Shown here: one piece after another, positions 27,701 through 37,089 of the stretch | How the letters are laid out: every line of letters starts with the position of its first letter | How positions within the stretch are numbered: the stretch's first letter is position 1 | Source of the DNA: an uncultured virus (IMG/VR IMGVR_UViG_3300042297_000490) | Lineage: Duplodnaviria > Heunggongvirae > Uroviricota > Caudoviricetes | DNA length: 57,554 nt | Virus record (IMG/VR): IMGVR_UViG_3300042297_000490 | Strand: one strand, 5' to 3' | The notes under the pieces: generated by a model | The model's input: the letters and a program-made list of their open reading frames with translations, nothing else | What the model was told of the DNA's origin: nothing | The model's database searches: none | Position numbers and translations under genes: made by a program

Positions 27701-29725
27701 ATAAAAAATGTTTCAGGGGTTACTATTTTTAATACATCTACAGAAACAATTTTTGGTGGTGACACATACATCGGAAGATATTCTGAAAAAAATACATTCT
27801 TTTATTTTCAAAGATGGTTAAATGGTGAACCAGATGGTGCTGAATTTAACTATAAGGATTATCAGATGTTTGAGAGTACAGCTTTCTGGATGGATACTGA
27901 ACCATTTGATTTTGGTGAGTTTATTCAAAGTTTGCCGAATGCAATTTATACTGCAGTTGATAATGGTTCTATTAGTTCATTTTGGCAGGGTATTGTAACA
28001 CCATCTGATAAACATTGTTTTGATAGAGTACCCGGTCCTCGTGGTTGGTTGGTAGTTAAAAATGCATACATTTATTTATTTAATTCAGGTGTAAAAGATT
28101 TTTACTGTGAATCTGAATATAATTTAGATTATAGAGATTATGGTGATTTAGTTGTTCAAAAACATTATCCAATTGTTTCTGATTTAAAAACTATGTTTGA
28201 TATGAACATAATTAAAACAGACAATTATTATAAAATGGATAGAAGTCTTGCTGTTTCATATTTACCTTTTACTAAATTTTCATGGAACACTATTCAATTA
28301 AATGATTATGATCCATTATTGTATTCATCATGTTATACGTATAGGCCGCGTAGATTATTGTGGTCATTGCCGCAGTTAACAGAATACAAAGCTGATAACT
28401 GGAGTGTATTTCTTCCATTAAATAATAAAGATTTTAAAAGTGAAATAGTTGCAATAAAAGCTATTGATCAAACAGGTGCATTAATTTTATTTAATAATAC
28501 AGCTCCTGGAAGATTGCCTGGTGTTAATACATTACAAACTTCTAATGGTGACGAATTAACTATTGGAGATGGTTCATTGCTTGCACGCGATGTTCAAAAT
28601 ATTGTTAATGCTGATAAATCAATGGAGTATGGTTCATGTCAAAGTAGATTATCTGTAATTAATACACCATTTGGTTTATACTGGATTAATTTAAATCAAG
28701 GAAAAATATTTTCATACGCTGGAGGTTTAAAAGAAATTTCATTAAAAAATAATAAGTTTTGGTTAAATACATATTTACCATATAAATTATTAGAAGATTT
28801 TCCTTCTTATGATATAAGCGATAATCCTGTTGCAGGAATTGGATGTCAAACAGTTTATGATAATGAATATATGCTTTTGTACTTCTGTAAAAAAGATTAT
28901 CATTTAAGGAAAGACCTTCCTACAGGAACGACACTTGTATATGTAGGTAAAGGAAATTTTTTAGTGAATGGTAAATACCCAACAACTGTTCAAGATCCAA
29001 TGTACTTTAAAGAATGTTCGTGGACACTTTCATTTGATCCAAAATCAGCTGAATTTATTTCGTATCATGACTGGCATCCAGATTTATCATTTACAGGTAG
29101 AAATTCATTTTTAACAACAAAGAAAGGTAGTATTTGGAAACACAATCAAACTTGTCAAAGTTATTGTAATTTTTATGGTGTTGACTATCCGTTTGAAGTA
29201 GAGTTTCAAATGAATAGTAAGTTTGCTGTATCTACTTTACGTAATGTTGAATTCTATTTAGAGTCATACATTTATGACAATAATTGTTTTGATCGCCATC
29301 ATGTATTAGATCATGGTTTTGATGAAGCTATAATTTATAACTCGGAACAATGTTCAGGATTATTAAAACTAAAATTGAATCCAAAAAACAGTTTAACTGA
29401 CATTGTTAACTTTCCAAAAGTTCATTTGAATTATATTGATATTCTTTATTCAAAAGAAGAACAGAAATGTCGTTTTAATCAGTTCTGGGATATAACTAAA
29501 GATCGTGGTGAATTTTCTGGTGTACATGAAACTATATGGAAAACAGAAGAGAATGGTTATATTCGCAGTCTAAACATTAATAATTTAGATTATCAAAAAA
29601 ATGAACTGCAAAGAAAAAAATTCAGACACTTTGAAAACAAAGTTATATTGCGTAAAATTAAAAGCGGTAACGTTGAAATGCTAGTTAGTTTAGCGTTAGG
29701 TAATTTATTAGTATCGGAGAGGTAA
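24725..29725 (+). CDS. Tail stabilization / muzzle protein (1666 aa)
   Basis: Large beta-rich protein with motifs YMRDENYPF, PIRHHKFP, FTFHSPD, FGGDTYI, YGSCQS and WTLSF...SYHDW. Confidence 0.8.
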   Translation: MAKKQKKSNQSSQESQTFEAGFVSDVNDFHLPENAWTYARNAINNSHKGDLGKLSNEFSNIICDEAPYTIISALHIVNDEWLIFSTNNFQSEIGRFVEGTCTYTRLVNNACLAFKQTHLIKGVVRPTFDCSFKAYWADGLNADRTMDIQNIPWVQVCTDSNGSLPGGCITCVDKLDTLGRKILDCNEIRLESFIQTPKLKIKKGPSSGSIKNGSYHFQIYYLVNGLKKTDYTVMSNVVSVFTHENVNSALELTLSDLDTTFEQYEVVVTFTIADKTISKILGQYSTNQTFITIDFLSPELPDIPDEKELFLVTAVPDKSDAIYENGNYLMRVGPTEKFDFNYQPLANQIESFWQLVEYPDTYYKNGGTNVGYMRDENYPFFIRWIYNTGDKTSSYHIPGRAPSNYILPSDSSSAGSSILENAVCPATPNIIESGYSPKVFEVYNTAWVTAFLGVPTDDGGTLVAEGRMGYHESSEFYDDKHPSRWNSSSHLWSDVGNSNFDLCGKPIRHHKFPENTIGIGFNDLTNHYKSGTRTIRVMGVAFKNVRPPVDNNGVTIKNIVGYEILRGSRNGNKTVLYKGLINNMFEYDIPKVLNGSSRTGLYANYPFNDLTADPFISIGKDGSGNPVNTSYENIVFGAEGNIVNYVPNDRYVKDKFTFHSPDTMFSKPFLVDDELKIYGEQWGVSNGSFVEPRNHPKHKFVTDLSFGIGIIYGIGFAISKINGTKDLVWTGNKYFDQETITLGVGSTNAFGKIAAILAKVAPLAAEGLLQSTENMTSFIDGITGQSWGLASTNYMKNKLQNTLGRVAGAIPGSNVNSGTSEIHYKDQNRSPGLLRAVSAIQMFTHYVGEGSDALLTMIKALNKYRQHALQFQAVCGYENFASPKATNRRKDIGTIRYLNDGVHDFLTTHVINHLNRQEMVVLNTNQLIDNPTISDTSRGKKASDLPAKGVFNTYARRASSHYTAIKTRLRNQYSQLFGIKQLPTQSNYTNAYIKNVSGVTIFNTSTETIFGGDTYIGRYSEKNTFFYFQRWLNGEPDGAEFNYKDYQMFESTAFWMDTEPFDFGEFIQSLPNAIYTAVDNGSISSFWQGIVTPSDKHCFDRVPGPRGWLVVKNAYIYLFNSGVKDFYCESEYNLDYRDYGDLVVQKHYPIVSDLKTMFDMNIIKTDNYYKMDRSLAVSYLPFTKFSWNTIQLNDYDPLLYSSCYTYRPRRLLWSLPQLTEYKADNWSVFLPLNNKDFKSEIVAIKAIDQTGALILFNNTAPGRLPGVNTLQTSNGDELTIGDGSLLARDVQNIVNADKSMEYGSCQSRLSVINTPFGLYWINLNQGKIFSYAGGLKEISLKNNKFWLNTYLPYKLLEDFPSYDISDNPVAGIGCQTVYDNEYMLLYFCKKDYHLRKDLPTGTTLVYVGKGNFLVNGKYPTTVQDPMYFKECSWTLSFDPKSAEFISYHDWHPDLSFTGRNSFLTTKKGSIWKHNQTCQSYCNFYGVDYPFEVEFQMNSKFAVSTLRNVEFYLESYIYDNNCFDRHHVLDHGFDEAIIYNSEQCSGLLKLKLNPKNSLTDIVNFPKVHLNYIDILYSKEEQKCRFNQFWDITKDRGEFSGVHETIWKTEENGYIRSLNINNLDYQKNELQRKKFRHFENKVILRKIKSGNVEMLVSLALGNLLVSER

Positions 29726-29745
29726 CTTTTTTATAGTTACCTTTT
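29720..29745 (+). terminator. Hairpin terminator over the muzzle stop codon
   Basis: AGGTAACT / AGTTACCT inverted repeat followed by T run. Confidence 0.55.
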
Positions 29746-29760
29746 CTTAATTATTTTTTG

Positions 29761-29767
29761 TATATTA
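29761..29767 (+). promoter_or_regulatory. Putative promoter element TATATTA for cargo operon
   Basis: TTTTTTG-TATATTA, 18 nt before the ATG at 29786. Confidence 0.55.
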
Positions 29768-29785
29768 AAATATAAGTTTATAAAC

Positions 29786-32700
29786 ATGGAAAATCCAGAA
29801 GCAAATCCTCAAGCAAATCCTCAAGAAGGTCAACAAGGGCAAGGTGCACAAATGCAACAAGTGATGCAAATGGTTCAGCAAATGATGCAACAAGGTGCGC
29901 AACCTATTGATGTAGCACAAAAATTGTTACAAGAACAAATGCCGCCAGAAGCAATCATGGAAGTATTTGCACAACTTGGTATGCCACCTGAAGAAGCACA
30001 AGCTGTTATTCAACAAGCTATGCAAGGTGGTCAACAACCACAAGGGCAAGGAGAAGAGCAAATGGAAGGCGCACCTCAAGGCGGTCAGCCATCTCCTGAA
30101 GAAATGGCTATGATGCAACAGCAACAGCAACAAGGTGCTCCACCAATGCCAGGTATGGCTCAAGGGGGTGCTCCAGATTTGCAAGCGCAAGCGGATCAAG
30201 TGACTGCACAAGTTCAGGATATGATGCAAAAAGGAGCTAGTGCAGAACAAGTTCAACAAGAATTAATGGCTGCAATCAAAAGCGGTGAAATTGATGAACA
30301 AGTTGGAACTTATGTTTTACAACAATTAAGCGGTCAACAACAAGCACCAGTAGCTCGTTTTGGTGGTAACGCTCGTGCTTTAATACAAAAAGCATTAGGT
30401 GGCGGTATGCCTGAAGTTGATTCTACATCTAATAGTTACATTCAAGATAGACAAGCTGCTTTTGTAAAAAGTGTTAAAAAGAATGCATTACTTAATGATT
30501 TTGAAAATGAGTTTCCATCATTAAAAAAATCTGCACCAAAATTTGCAGGGGGTGGACCAAATCCAAATGATTATAAAACATCTGCTGAATATCAAGTTGC
30601 AATGTATAAACATAATGCTGCTGAAAAAGATGCAACAAAACATTTAAACGTAGATGATTTAGCTTCTAAATGGTCTGCACCAATTGCAGATGGAACTGCT
30701 GGTACATGGGCTGGTAATAAATTTGTTCCAAATGCTGAACCTACAATAGCAGAGGGCGCATCTGGTAAAATGATTGGTGGTAAGTTTGTAGCAGATGCTG
30801 CAGCTACTGCTGGTGCAAATCAACCTAAATATTTTAACAATACACCTGAACAACAAAACCTTGCTAAATTACAAGCATCTCCTTTTGGACGATTTATGAG
30901 TAATTCAGGATGGGATAATGGTGATATGAAATGGGATTCAAGTGGGTTAACAAATGATCCTAATGCTAAATTTAAAGTTACTCATGCAGAAGCAAAAAAA
31001 GGTATTTTTGGTAGGCAAAAGGTAGCATTTGATTTAGATTGGAGTACTGCAGGTAATACTGGAAACGCACCAGGTTCAATACCAGCTGCACCGGGAATAA
31101 CTGAAAAAAAGGTAGGTGATCAAACATTGAGGTTTGATGCTATGGGTAATCAATTAAGTGTAAGTAAATATGATCCTAAAGGTTGGGCTAGTGCCGAACA
31201 AGCTAAAAAAGAGGATGATTTGTATGCACAATACAAAGCTGATAAAACATACGATCCGGCAACTGGTAAATTTGCTGATGTAAAAGTTGATAGAAAAGTA
31301 AATACAGGTTCATGGAACAATGGAACTATTTATACAAAAGATAAACCATTGCCTGCAGATGATATTAAAGCCCTTCAAGCAACTATGGGTGTACCTGAAA
31401 CAGGAGTTTGGGATGATGCTTTTACTAAAGGAATTAATGATTATAAACTTAAAACTTTTGGTAAAAATGCTAATTTAAATGGTAGCATTGGTACAGAAAC
31501 TGGTGATAAATTATTAGCAGATTATATAGGTAAAAACTTTGATGAGTCAACACGTATTGATCAAATTACTACCGCTAATCCTAATGCTGGATTAGCAAAT
31601 GATTATCAACGCTTTTCACAGTTTGATGCTAATGCTAAAATTAAAACTGCAACAGATGCTGCAACGGTTGCCGCTACAAAAAAAGCAGGAGAAGATCGTA
31701 CAGCTACATTAACTAAAGCAGATGAAGTATATAATCAAAGAGGGCGTGTGTATAGAGCTTTTCATGATTCACCAACTGAAAATGCAAATGAATATCAAAA
31801 AGAATTAGATGCAACAAAAGCGGAAGAAGAAAGACAGAGAGCATTAGATGCAGCAAATCCATATATTGGAAAGGAAGCAGTTCCTGCAAGTTCTACTAAT
31901 CCTGCAACAGTTTTTCCAAGTTTAACTGCTAAAACTCAAGTAGCAACAAACACTGCAGATCCTGCTGCTGTTATAAAGCCTGTAGCAAACAATGTTGGTT
32001 CTACAACTACTGCGCAAAGTGCAGTTACTGCATCAAATGTGGATCCAGGATCTATTGAATATAACGATGCTGAATACAGTAAGCACAGTTCTGCGTGGGG
32101 TGCAATGCCAACAAATTCACCGACCGAGAAAAAAGCAGCAAATGAATATTGGGATAAATTTCTTTTACCCCAAGTAGATGCAAAAAGCAAAAGAGAATCT
32201 GATGCTTTAAATGTTGCTAAAACTAAAATGCAAAAGGAGCAATCAATAGTAAAAGGAACACCTACTGAAAAAAACACAGATGGTTTATTTAATGCAGAGG
32301 GAAAGGATGTTTATTACGATCCTTATGAAGGCAAGTATAAAGAATATGCATTTGGTGGTCCTTCTGATAATGATATACATAATGCGCTTCAAGTTTTAAA
32401 AATGGCTTTGGGTGGTATGACGTATAAAAATAATTATGATTTCCTTCCTAAAGCGGTTGATGGAACAGGTATGATTCCTGTAGAAGGATTAGCAACTAAT
32501 CCAAACAGTATGGTTTGGGGTACTGGTACACCAACTACAGATGTTGCTGGAAATAAAATTGATCCTACTCTTCCTGCAAGCATGCAAAAAAATGACAATA
32601 TAACTATTGATCCAAATCAAGCAGCTAAATCTGGTAAAGGAAAAGTTACTGGTAAAAGTAAATTAAAAGTAAGTTGGGCTGATGGATATGAAGCTGCAAG

Positions 32701-33076
32701 TGCAGGTATGGAAAAATTTGGTAATTGGACTGATCAAATGCATAATAATACACCTGGTAAAAATATGGCAATGAATTCAGCAATGAATACTACTCGTACT
32801 GGTATGAATGACCAAGGTAATTTTAATCAATGGGGTGAAAACGAAGGTGGTATTAATAGAGGTGACCAAGTTAACAACATGGGTAATACTTATGGTGCAA
32901 TTGATACACCGCAATTTAACGGATGGAATAGTGAAGTTATTAAATCAGCTATGGGTGGACCTATGACGTTTTCACATGGTGGAAAAGTATATGACCTTGG
33001 TGGTGCTTATGATTTAACTGATGCAGACGTGGCCGCTTTAGAAGCAGCTGGAATTAAACTTGAAAGAAATAGATAA
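29786..33076 (+). CDS. Internal virion / cargo protein with Q/M-rich N-terminus and PG-binding-like module (1096 aa)
   Basis: Low-complexity Q/M/G N-terminus, repeated xxGG motifs, and IKALQ..MG...TG.W....GI..Y......NG.IG.ET at 31358-31515. Confidence 0.6.
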   Translation: MENPEANPQANPQEGQQGQGAQMQQVMQMVQQMMQQGAQPIDVAQKLLQEQMPPEAIMEVFAQLGMPPEEAQAVIQQAMQGGQQPQGQGEEQMEGAPQGGQPSPEEMAMMQQQQQQGAPPMPGMAQGGAPDLQAQADQVTAQVQDMMQKGASAEQVQQELMAAIKSGEIDEQVGTYVLQQLSGQQQAPVARFGGNARALIQKALGGGMPEVDSTSNSYIQDRQAAFVKSVKKNALLNDFENEFPSLKKSAPKFAGGGPNPNDYKTSAEYQVAMYKHNAAEKDATKHLNVDDLASKWSAPIADGTAGTWAGNKFVPNAEPTIAEGASGKMIGGKFVADAAATAGANQPKYFNNTPEQQNLAKLQASPFGRFMSNSGWDNGDMKWDSSGLTNDPNAKFKVTHAEAKKGIFGRQKVAFDLDWSTAGNTGNAPGSIPAAPGITEKKVGDQTLRFDAMGNQLSVSKYDPKGWASAEQAKKEDDLYAQYKADKTYDPATGKFADVKVDRKVNTGSWNNGTIYTKDKPLPADDIKALQATMGVPETGVWDDAFTKGINDYKLKTFGKNANLNGSIGTETGDKLLADYIGKNFDESTRIDQITTANPNAGLANDYQRFSQFDANAKIKTATDAATVAATKKAGEDRTATLTKADEVYNQRGRVYRAFHDSPTENANEYQKELDATKAEEERQRALDAANPYIGKEAVPASSTNPATVFPSLTAKTQVATNTADPAAVIKPVANNVGSTTTAQSAVTASNVDPGSIEYNDAEYSKHSSAWGAMPTNSPTEKKAANEYWDKFLLPQVDAKSKRESDALNVAKTKMQKEQSIVKGTPTEKNTDGLFNAEGKDVYYDPYEGKYKEYAFGGPSDNDIHNALQVLKMALGGMTYKNNYDFLPKAVDGTGMIPVEGLATNPNSMVWGTGTPTTDVAGNKIDPTLPASMQKNDNITIDPNQAAKSGKGKVTGKSKLKVSWADGYEAASAGMEKFGNWTDQMHNNTPGKNMAMNSAMNTTRTGMNDQGNFNQWGENEGGINRGDQVNNMGNTYGAIDTPQFNGWNSEVIKSAMGGPMTFSHGGKVYDLGGAYDLTDADVAALEAAGIKLERNR

Positions 33077-33077
33077 T

Positions 33078-35255
33078 ATGGCTCAATACAAAGTGGTAGG
33101 ACTTCCTAACAGACAAGCTGATGGGAACCTAAATAAGACGGTAAAGCCGATTGATAAAAAAAAGGCTACCATTGAAGCAGAAAAAGGTGAAACAATTTGG
33201 ACTAATTACAATCGTAATGTGGATAATCTTGTTGAACTAAAAGCTATTGGTGGTAAAACTCATGCTAAAGGCGGAACTCCAATGGATCCACCTTCTGCTG
33301 GAGAAGAAGGTGAAAGCTCTTCTTTTATTTTTTCTAATAATCGTAAAATGATTATCAAAGATCCAGAGTTATTAAAATACTTTGGTGAAACTGGTAAAGG
33401 TGAAAAGACACCTGCGGAAGTTTCTAAAAAATGGTTAGATGCATTAGCAACAGCAAAAGCAATTCTTAAAGATGAATACCAAGATAAAATTGCAAAAGAT
33501 AGTGCTACATTGACAATGAAAAATGCAGCGTTTAATCTTTCAAGTTTAGCGTTATGGCAAGAATCTAAAAAGAACTTTAAAGATGGAATGACCGATATAT
33601 TCAATCCTTGGTTTGATAAAACGCATGTTACACCAGAAGAATTATTTTCAGTTGATGCAGAACAAGCTGAACAAGCAACAGATGCAATACAAGCTGCGTT
33701 TGGCGGTCCATTGAATCAAGCAGCACTTGGTGGTGATTCACAATTCTTATCATTAGGCGGTATAAAAAAATACGTTGATGGTGGAGGTGTTGTTCCTGAA
33801 TGGAAAGGTAAAGACGAAGATTTAAAAAAATACTTTAATGGTAATAAACAAATTGCTGCACAATGGCAATACCTTGAAAGTCTTCGGGATAACCCTGAAT
33901 TTAAAAAAGCATTATTTACTGAATACAATAATGCTTGGACTAATTCGACTATACATGGTAGAGATTACGGTAAGGCAATTAAAGATAAAAAATGGTCAGC
34001 TGCAGGTACTGAAAAAGAAGTTATGGATAACTTCCTTGATATGCAAAAAAGAAATCTTGCATTAAGAGCTCATGGAATTGATTATACACAAATTGGTCAA
34101 GCTTCGTCTGATAAAAATACATCAAAATATACAAATGACTTTTTAAAAGGTAAAGGTTTAGAAAAAGATTTAGAAATACCTGGTTCAGATAAAACTGCTC
34201 AAGAGCAAGCATCTTATATTGCATTCCATCAATTAGCATTAAATCAAAATTCATATAGTAAAGATTTACAAACAGTATTATCTCCATTTGAAGCTCCTAA
34301 ATTAGGAATTGCTGATGAAAGTACTTTTAATAATAAAGCGTATCCGTTATCAAAAGCTGATGGTATTTATACTGATACTACTACAGGACAAACTGCAGGG
34401 TTTAAAGGTAACCCTCAAGCACCTATTACAATAAAACCTGCACCAGAAGATGTTTATAAAAAAGGTACAATCAAAAATTTAGATCCAATTCCACCATCTA
34501 TTAATCCAGATGGATTTAGAATACAGGATATAAATACAATGAATCGTACTTTTGCTGCTAAACGCCATATTATTAATATTCCTGAATGGCAAAAAGCATC
34601 ACAGTTTAATTTATTAGAACCACAATTTGATAGTCCTGAACGTAAGATTGCAGAAGCAAATACTTTAGCGGCTGGTGCAATAAGAACTGCTGGTGCTTTT
34701 GGAAGTCAAGCATCGACACAAGCTGCAATAAATAGTATTAACGCTCAAGTTTATGCTAAAGCGGCTGGTGCAATTGATGATAACTCTACGAAAAACATTG
34801 GTTTATATAATCAAGTTAATCAATCAAATACACAGTTGGCAAATGCTAAACATGCACAAGAGTCGCAAGAAGCTACCAATCTTTGGGCTCAACATGCAAC
34901 ACGTGTACAAAACTTTGTTAATTCACATGAAAAAGCAGATGATGCAATTACTGCAGCAATAAACAATGCTTATACTGAAAGAAGTAATCGTTATAACTTA
35001 AATGTTAATAGTAACTACGAAAAAATTGATCCTCTTACAGGTAAAATCTATTTAGCAAATGCTAAACCATTAGATGGTAGAGAAACAAGTTCGGAAGATG
35101 TTGCTCAAAAATACAGTGATTTAAAATCTAAATTACCTGCAGGTACTGATGAAAAAACAGTGTTGGCTATTTTGAAAGGACAGATGAGTGGTGACTGGAA
35201 ATTTAAGGAAGATGACATATTAAAACCAGATGAAGTTACAACTAAACACTCTTAA
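33078..35255 (+). CDS. Cargo / ejection protein (start revised from TTG 33060 to ATG 33078)
   Basis: ATG follows the previous stop by 1 nt. EAEKGE...GGKTHAKGGT..FIFS motif; Q/N/A-rich coiled-coil C-terminus. Confidence 0.65.
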   Translation: MAQYKVVGLPNRQADGNLNKTVKPIDKKKATIEAEKGETIWTNYNRNVDNLVELKAIGGKTHAKGGTPMDPPSAGEEGESSSFIFSNNRKMIIKDPELLKYFGETGKGEKTPAEVSKKWLDALATAKAILKDEYQDKIAKDSATLTMKNAAFNLSSLALWQESKKNFKDGMTDIFNPWFDKTHVTPEELFSVDAEQAEQATDAIQAAFGGPLNQAALGGDSQFLSLGGIKKYVDGGGVVPEWKGKDEDLKKYFNGNKQIAAQWQYLESLRDNPEFKKALFTEYNNAWTNSTIHGRDYGKAIKDKKWSAAGTEKEVMDNFLDMQKRNLALRAHGIDYTQIGQASSDKNTSKYTNDFLKGKGLEKDLEIPGSDKTAQEQASYIAFHQLALNQNSYSKDLQTVLSPFEAPKLGIADESTFNNKAYPLSKADGIYTDTTTGQTAGFKGNPQAPITIKPAPEDVYKKGTIKNLDPIPPSINPDGFRIQDINTMNRTFAAKRHIINIPEWQKASQFNLLEPQFDSPERKIAEANTLAAGAIRTAGAFGSQASTQAAINSINAQVYAKAAGAIDDNSTKNIGLYNQVNQSNTQLANAKHAQESQEATNLWAQHATRVQNFVNSHEKADDAITAAINNAYTERSNRYNLNVNSNYEKIDPLTGKIYLANAKPLDGRETSSEDVAQKYSDLKSKLPAGTDEKTVLAILKGQMSGDWKFKEDDILKPDEVTTKHS

Positions 35256-35292
35256 ATTTACATTTAATTAATACCTTTATAAAAATTACAAG

Positions 35293-37080
35293 ATGGCAAC
35301 TTTTTTAAATGGAGTAACAGATTATGTAACACAGACACATCCAACGCAAAGCAACTTGGCGTTTGATCAACAAATGTTGCAAACAAAAGAGTCTGCGTAT
35401 GTTGCAGGTCATAAAAAAATTAATGATTTATATGGTTCCATACTTAATTCAGACATGAGCAGAGCTGAAAATGTTGCTGCTCGTGATGAATTTTTTAAAG
35501 TAATCAATCATGATATTAAAAAAATGGGAGGTCTTGATTTCTCATTGGATACAAACGTACAAGCAGCAGCAAATGTTTTCCAATCAATATACACTAACAA
35601 AAATATTGTTAAGGATATGGTTTGGACTAAAAACTACAATAATGAAATAGGCAAAGCCGAATCATTTAAAAATTGCATTGATCCTGAAAAATGTGGTGGT
35701 CAATTCTGGCAAGAAGGTGTAGATGCATTAAACTATAGAATGGAAGAGTTTAAAGGATTAAATTCAACTGAAGCTATGAGTTATGGTGATGTAACTTATG
35801 TTCCATACAATAAAGTATTTGATAAAGCATTAACGTATTTTAAAGCATCTGGTCTTAAAATGTCCACAGACAAACTATCAGAAGATGGTAGATACATGGT
35901 TACAACTACTAATGGCACACAATTAATTAATCCTTTAACTGCATTGTTTACAAAAGCATTAGCAGATGATCCAAAATTTACAGAGATGTATGCTACAAAA
36001 GCATTTGTTGAAAGAAAAGGTTGGATGAGAGGTAAGATTAATAATGGTGAATACAAAGATGAGAATGACGCTATGGTTGGTTATATGAATAGCCAGCACA
36101 AAGTTTATACTGATAAGATTGATAGAGCTGCATCAACATTAAAAATTGATAAAGATATACTTGATTCTAAAGTGATCACTTATGAAAAACAAATCAATGA
36201 AGGTAAAATCAAAGAAGGTTCTCAAAAGTACAATGAGTATAGAGAAATTTTAGCTTTACAACAAAGTAGTAAAGAAGCAAATGATTATTTAGAGTATGTA
36301 AATAAAGTATCTGCTAATCGTAATAATAACATGAGTATTATTTCAGCTGGTAACTTATTAGATCAACAAGCTGGTGCATCTTTCATGATGGATGAGATTC
36401 AAGATTCTGCAAAAATATTAGCGTATTCTGATTATAGTACAAAAAAAGAAGTAGATGCTTATAAATTAAATGAAATTGAGTTTTCACAAAAACTTACAAT
36501 AGAAAATAAACGTATTGCTGCTGATAAAGAAATTCAAAAAATGAAAAATGATGCAGCTGAAGCTACTGCAAAAGCACCAAAAGATAAATCTGACGAGTTA
36601 AATGAACAACGAGAAGCTATTGCTTTAATGGAAAATGGAGCTGATACAAAAAAAATAGGTTTTATTTCTAATGCAATTATAGCAAATGGTGCTGGACCAA
36701 TAGATGATGTAGAAATTGGTAAAATGCTTGCTGACTATAAAGCTGGTAAATCTACTAATGAAAATGTTAAGTCAGGTATAGCTGCATATGAGTCTACACT
36801 TAAAAAAGAAAAAATGAAATATAATGGCTTGTTAAAAGAACAACAAGATCCTTATATTTATCCTGATGTTGTTAGTCCATCTGAATTAGCAGGAAATACA
36901 TATTATGACCAAGAACAAACTAAAACTTTTCTTAAAAAAAGATTAGAAAATGCAAATATTAAACATGAAGATAAAGATGTAGATGCTTTTGCTGAATATG
37001 TTCGTGCTCAACCAGATTATGCTAATATTCCTTATGCAACACATGCTTCAAATTATTATAAAAAATTGACAAAAAAATAA
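35293..37080 (+). CDS. Cargo / ejection protein (595 aa)
   Basis: N-terminus MATFLNGVTDY and DFSLDTNVQAA.VF motif; helical; lies between muzzle and RNAP genes. Confidence 0.6.
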   Translation: MATFLNGVTDYVTQTHPTQSNLAFDQQMLQTKESAYVAGHKKINDLYGSILNSDMSRAENVAARDEFFKVINHDIKKMGGLDFSLDTNVQAAANVFQSIYTNKNIVKDMVWTKNYNNEIGKAESFKNCIDPEKCGGQFWQEGVDALNYRMEEFKGLNSTEAMSYGDVTYVPYNKVFDKALTYFKASGLKMSTDKLSEDGRYMVTTTNGTQLINPLTALFTKALADDPKFTEMYATKAFVERKGWMRGKINNGEYKDENDAMVGYMNSQHKVYTDKIDRAASTLKIDKDILDSKVITYEKQINEGKIKEGSQKYNEYREILALQQSSKEANDYLEYVNKVSANRNNNMSIISAGNLLDQQAGASFMMDEIQDSAKILAYSDYSTKKEVDAYKLNEIEFSQKLTIENKRIAADKEIQKMKNDAAEATAKAPKDKSDELNEQREAIALMENGADTKKIGFISNAIIANGAGPIDDVEIGKMLADYKAGKSTNENVKSGIAAYESTLKKEKMKYNGLLKEQQDPYIYPDVVSPSELAGNTYYDQEQTKTFLKKRLENANIKHEDKDVDAFAEYVRAQPDYANIPYATHASNYYKKLTKK

Positions 37081-37089
37081 ATTAATATT

